From NCBI GenBank assembly GCA_009914755.4, contig CP068257.2, positions 18,208,001 through 18,272,000 on the forward strand: a DNA stretch of 64,000 nt. Reading direction: 5' to 3'. The notes beneath the pieces were generated by a model. The model ran no database searches, was not told the DNA's origin, and saw nothing but the letters and a program-made list of their open reading frames with translations. Numbering within the stretch: position 1 is the first letter of the stretch; the number at the start of each line of letters is the position of its first letter. The position numbers and the translations under genes are program-made. The stretch comes from the human T2T-CHM13v2.0 reference genome, Homo sapiens. Positions 59,656 through 64,000 of the stretch are shown here, one piece after another.

Positions 59656-62600
59656 TCATTTAACAAGATGAGTAATTTAAGAATTTTATAATTTAAATAA
59701 ACATCTGTGGGGTATGACAATTAAAATAACTTCTTAATATATTTATCAATCGGGTAATGTAACTATGAAATTTTTAGTCTAACATTCTTCAGTATTCTTC
59801 AGTTTTTTTGGAGATTTTATTACCATATTACAGCTATCTATGCAATAAGAAAAAGATGGAGAAAAGTTAAATGTTATTATAAGATTATTGATGTGGAGAT
59901 TTAAACCTTTGATGGACAAAAGTACACACAATTTTTGTAATACAGAACATTTGAAATAATCACTGAGGCCACTCATATATTGTAACACATTTTCCTTCCC
60001 TATGGCCCTCAAAGTAACAATATTAATAACTAAATTTATCTTCCATTTGAATGTGGAATATAGACATTACCTCCAAGGTAATGTGCTTCATGACAGTGTT
60101 AAGAGAACAAAGATGATACAACATTGCATAACCAAATACAGGTCAGAATTTGTTTAAGTGTGAAGAGATTAAATGATAGCTAAAGAAAAACCAGTTAGGT
60201 ACCAAACATAGTAATCTAGAATTGAATTACTTTGTGAAATGAAAATATCCTTGTGGAATGCTTGAGATCATAGTGCAGTAAAGCAAAATCATAAGCTTCT
60301 CAGTCAATTATGTAATAAATGTGAATGATTGCTAATCCCTAGAATACAGAATTTTGGGGATATGTTTCATGACACATGTGGAAGGTTTGTTTTTTTAACT
60401 GCAATAATCAAATAAGTTTGCAAGATATAAGTGCAATAAATAATATTTAGAGAAAGAAAATATGGTGTAACCGTGTGAAATTTTAAGCATATGACAAACG
60501 TAATTTTTGTGATCCTGATTAGAAACTATACTGAAGCTGCTAAATAATAACATGATCACATAGAAAATTACAAATATGAGACGATAAAGTGGAAATGATG
60601 TATTAGTTTTCAGATTCTACTATAAATAACCCTTATGTTTTATTTGTATAATAATAAATCCCAAGACAGGAAAGCTGTGAGGATTATAAAAAAAAAAAAA
60701 AATCTGTGATAGAGAGCCCAGCATGGATCCAAAAGCATCTGAACTGGACCTTTTTAAATATATAAAATATAGGTTGTTATTTCTTTTGACAAGAGCATAT
60801 TGGTGTCATAATAAATAAGATCAAGGTTAGAAATCAGTATGGGCTCCCAGCTGAATGACTTTCACTGTTAATATTTTCAGAATGAGAACAGTTTGTGCCT
60901 GAGCTTAAATAGTGTGTTTCTTTCTTGCCATTGCTTGAAGTGTCATAAATAGCTGTAGTGGCAAACACCACAAAGGAAGCTGAGAGGAAGCTGTTAACGC
61001 TTCATTATTGGAGGGGGTGGTAAAAAGGGAGTAAGGGAGTGGCACTCTATGTTTCAGCCTAGTGAAATTAATCTAACAGATTTTAAACAAAATAAAATAT
61101 ATTCTGCTTAATATATTAATAGAATTAATATATCAAATAGTTTTATACAATAATAAACTTTTACAGTATCACTAAAGGGAAAAATCAATCCTAACATTAA
61201 AGAAAATCAAGGCATTCTGCACATTGCTCCACACCTATAGAAAACTTGGAGAAATTATGCATAGGATTGCTAATGAAGGGCCACAAAAATGAAATGAGAT
61301 TTTTGACTCTTTTTGAAATAATTCAGATTTTCAGTCTGTATTAAAATATGGAAATTCTGGCACAAAATACAATAAACACTGAGAGACAGTTATATTGAGA
61401 ATTTTCAAGGAACTACTTCTTAATGTATAGCATGTTATGATTTCAAAGTCATGATTCTTTTTATTCATAATGACTGGTTTAAGCCTTCATTTTCTTTCCA
61501 GATTCTCTTTCGAAAGCTTAAATTAGATAGAAAGAAACATTGAAACCTGAAGAACTGTTATACTTTCTAGGAGCAGATACTTTTGTGCCATTAAAATCTT
61601 TGAGTTTGTGGCTCTTCAAGAAAGTGGAAGATCTCTTCATGTGCTACAAAGCCTGTTTTTGTGTCTGTTTTTTCTGTTTCCTTTGACATTCTTTTAAAAT
61701 ACAATGTAAGACATACATTTAATATATGGAAATTTGATCATCTGCATAAATGAAATTACAACTTTAATACATATTAAAATGCCATACAGAGTGTATTTAA
61801 ATTTTGTTTCTGCCATGGGAGTGTATAGAGCGAGTTTTCAGTAATTTAATAAGGTCCAGGAACAACTCTGTAAGTGGAATTGACCCTTTTTCAGTATTGC
61901 CATATCAATAATTGAATAGAATTACACTTAAGAATATAAAAATGCTTAGGCACACTCATAACCAAATGATCATAATCTGGATGCTTTGTTTAAATTATGT
62001 GATGAATGGGAGAAATTGTAGTATTTCTGTCAGACAGATTTCAAAAAGTGTAATTGCTGGAACAAAGGAAATATAAATACTTTAAGGCTGACACTGCCAA
62101 ATTAATCTCCAAATGTTTATACTGATGTAGGGCAGGTGAGCCCCAAAGTGGAGCTTAACCCATGAAGGTTCTTGGCTTTGCCCCATAAAGAATTCAAGGG
62201 TGAGTCAGTGGTGAAAGAAAACAGCTTTATTGAAGCAGCAGTGTTAAGCTTCAGGGGTGTTGAAGCTCTGGCCGTGTTACTGCTCCATGACTGCTCCTGC
62301 AGACTAGGGATACCCCATAGGCAGTTTGCTGCAAGTGGCACTCTAGGGCAACTTTGCAGTCATGTTTATACCTGCTTTTAATTACATGTAGAATAAGAGG
62401 CAGTTGATGCAGAAATTGCCAGGGAAAGGGTGGTAAACTTCAGGTTGTGGGACCATTGCCATGGAAAGGGGCGGTAACTCCTGGGCATTGCTATGGCAAT
62501 GGTAAACTGATGTGGCACACTGGTGGGTGTGTCTTATAGAAAGCTGCTTACAACCAGGCACTGTTTTAGCTAGTCCTCAATTTGGTCCAGTGTTTGAGTC

Positions 62601-63456
62601 CCAAATCCCACCTCAGTACAACCTTACAACGGAAACAATCATACACGAAAATACTGATTCTTTCCTTCATGACCAGTTCTGAATTTTATGGGAGCCCATC
62701 ATATTCCCAAAAGACACAATCCTGAATACTGTAATTCCCTATGTTGAAATTCCAAAAGATCAAAATTCTGAAAATACCATGTTAGAAAAATTAATAAGAA
62801 TTATTTAAAATATCTTTATTTTCATTTTTAAATGGGATTTATTTGGGAAACATATAAAACATGACAGAACTCTTCATAGGCCATTTTACACAATAAAATA
62901 GGCAATAATAACTTTATATTTTGTAAGCATACTCAGTTATACAAATGAAAGTCACATGCCTATAAGTTATGAGCAGACAAATCATATTAATAAAGAAATA
63001 GGTCAAAAAGCAAATTATATAAATGTATGTCACTATGGTTGGTAATCACGTGCATCCAGCTATATTCAGATGACTGATCTGAAATGTGATAAACAATGTA
63101 AAGGTCTTTGATGGCATCATCAATAACCATGATGGGTCACAATCACATATGCCATCATCTGAAGAGTCTAGATCTTGAGAAGTTTTATCTTTCAAGAATG
63201 CACATGTACAAAAAGGACATATCTTCATTTATTGAGAATGATTCAACATTTTTATGTACACACACACAATGCTTACACACAAAGTCAATATTGTGATAAG
63301 ACACTTTTCCAGAGTCAAATTTGTGAAAATTGCATAAAGCGAGTTAAAACTCTCTGAAAGCCTCTACAGAATTTATACCTGCAGTACTGGAAATGATGCA
63401 AAGATGAAATACATACCATTGTGAATTGCTAAAAATAAATAAAAACAGGTTCATGC

Positions 63457-63720
63457 TTGCAATTTCCAATGCTTTGGGAGGCCAAGGGAGGAGTTAGAGA
63501 CCAGCCTAGGGAACATAACAAGACCTTGTCTCTAAAACAATAAAAATAATGAAAAATTAGCCAGGTGTGGTAGTGTGTGCCCGTAGTTCCAGCTACTTGG
63601 GAGGCTGAGGTGGGAAGATTGCTTGAACACAGGAGGTCAAGGCTACAGTGGGACTCGATGGTGGTGCCACTGCACTCCAGTCTGGGCGACAGAATGAAAT
63701 CCTGTCTCAGAAAGCAAATA
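63457..63720 (+). mobile_element. 5'-truncated older Alu (AluJ-like)
   Basis: tgcaatttccaatgctttgggaggccaagggaggagttagagaccagcctagggaacataacaagaccttgtctctaaaacaataaaaataatgaaaaattagccaggtgtggtagtgtgtgcccgtagttccagctacttgggaggctgaggtgggaagattgcttgaacacaggaggtcaaggctacagtgggactcgatggtggtgccactgcactccagtctgggcgacagaatgaaatcctgtctc. Confidence 0.9.
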
Positions 63721-64000
63721 AACCAAAATGCTAACAATTTAAAATAGTGGGGAAAAAAAAACTTAAAAACCGAAAAGAAAATTCTACATATGAAAAGAAG
63801 TGTATTACAAGGAAAGATCATGGACAATTACACAAAGTCCCTAAGACCTGACTAACTTTCATGATGACCAACTCTATTTTGAAGTTTTGCTTCATGATGA
63901 ATAGCTGCTTTTATTTTTTAGTCTTTTAGAACAGTGCTCTCCTTACAGAATACATTTACATTCATTTTCTAGTTGGCATTGCTCTTTTTAAAATTCAGTT

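Noticed and set aside
62105-62600. Moderately GC-rich segment with two similar ~35-bp sub-units (gccagggaaagggtggtaaacttcagg / gccatggaaaggggcggtaactcctggg), possibly an ERV LTR
   Set aside because: I could not match it to a family from memory and it has no clear terminal structure. It is left unannotated pending a Dfam search.

Overview
This window is primate (almost certainly human or another catarrhine) nuclear DNA. It is not a prokaryotic or viral locus. It is AT-rich, gene-poor and densely packed with interspersed repeats. I see at least 13 Alu SINEs, several with clear target-site duplications (TSDs) and high CpG retention typical of AluY. There is a nearly full-length ancient L1 (~22.0-27.6 kb) carrying nested Alu and MaLR-LTR insertions, and several 5'-truncated L1 3' ends. 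Two L1 insertions are notable. One is a ~2.3 kb primate L1PA-type insertion with the classic twin-priming 5' inversion and an intact 12-bp TSD (53.6-56.0 kb). The other is a 138-bp L1 3' end that looks very young, with a 15-bp TSD. There are multiple THE1/MST/MLT1-type MaLR LTRs, one Tc1/mariner-type non-autonomous DNA transposon with TA TSDs, and many (GT)n/(CA)n microsatellites. A ~160-nt near-pure polypyrimidine (TTCC)n tract abuts the tail end of an Alu. None of the six-frame ORFs is credible as a gene. The longest are inside GC-rich repeats or are L1 ORF2 remnants. I find no CRISPR, no operon and no defence or biosynthetic system. The prompt's suggestion of an undescribed system is not supported by the sequence. 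The structures most worth a second look are a ~0.8-1.1 kb local duplication (43.5 kb vs 47.8 kb), two GC-rich CpG-containing blocks of unclassified retroelement sequence (5.4-8.35 kb and 52.1-53.6 kb), the twin-primed L1, and candidate young, possibly polymorphic, Alu and L1 insertions. In one copy of the duplication an AluY insertion post-dates the duplication, and the paralogue preserves the empty site. Coordinates are read by eye and are approximate to within a few bp to tens of bp at diverged ends. Repeat family names come from memory of consensus sequences, not from a search.
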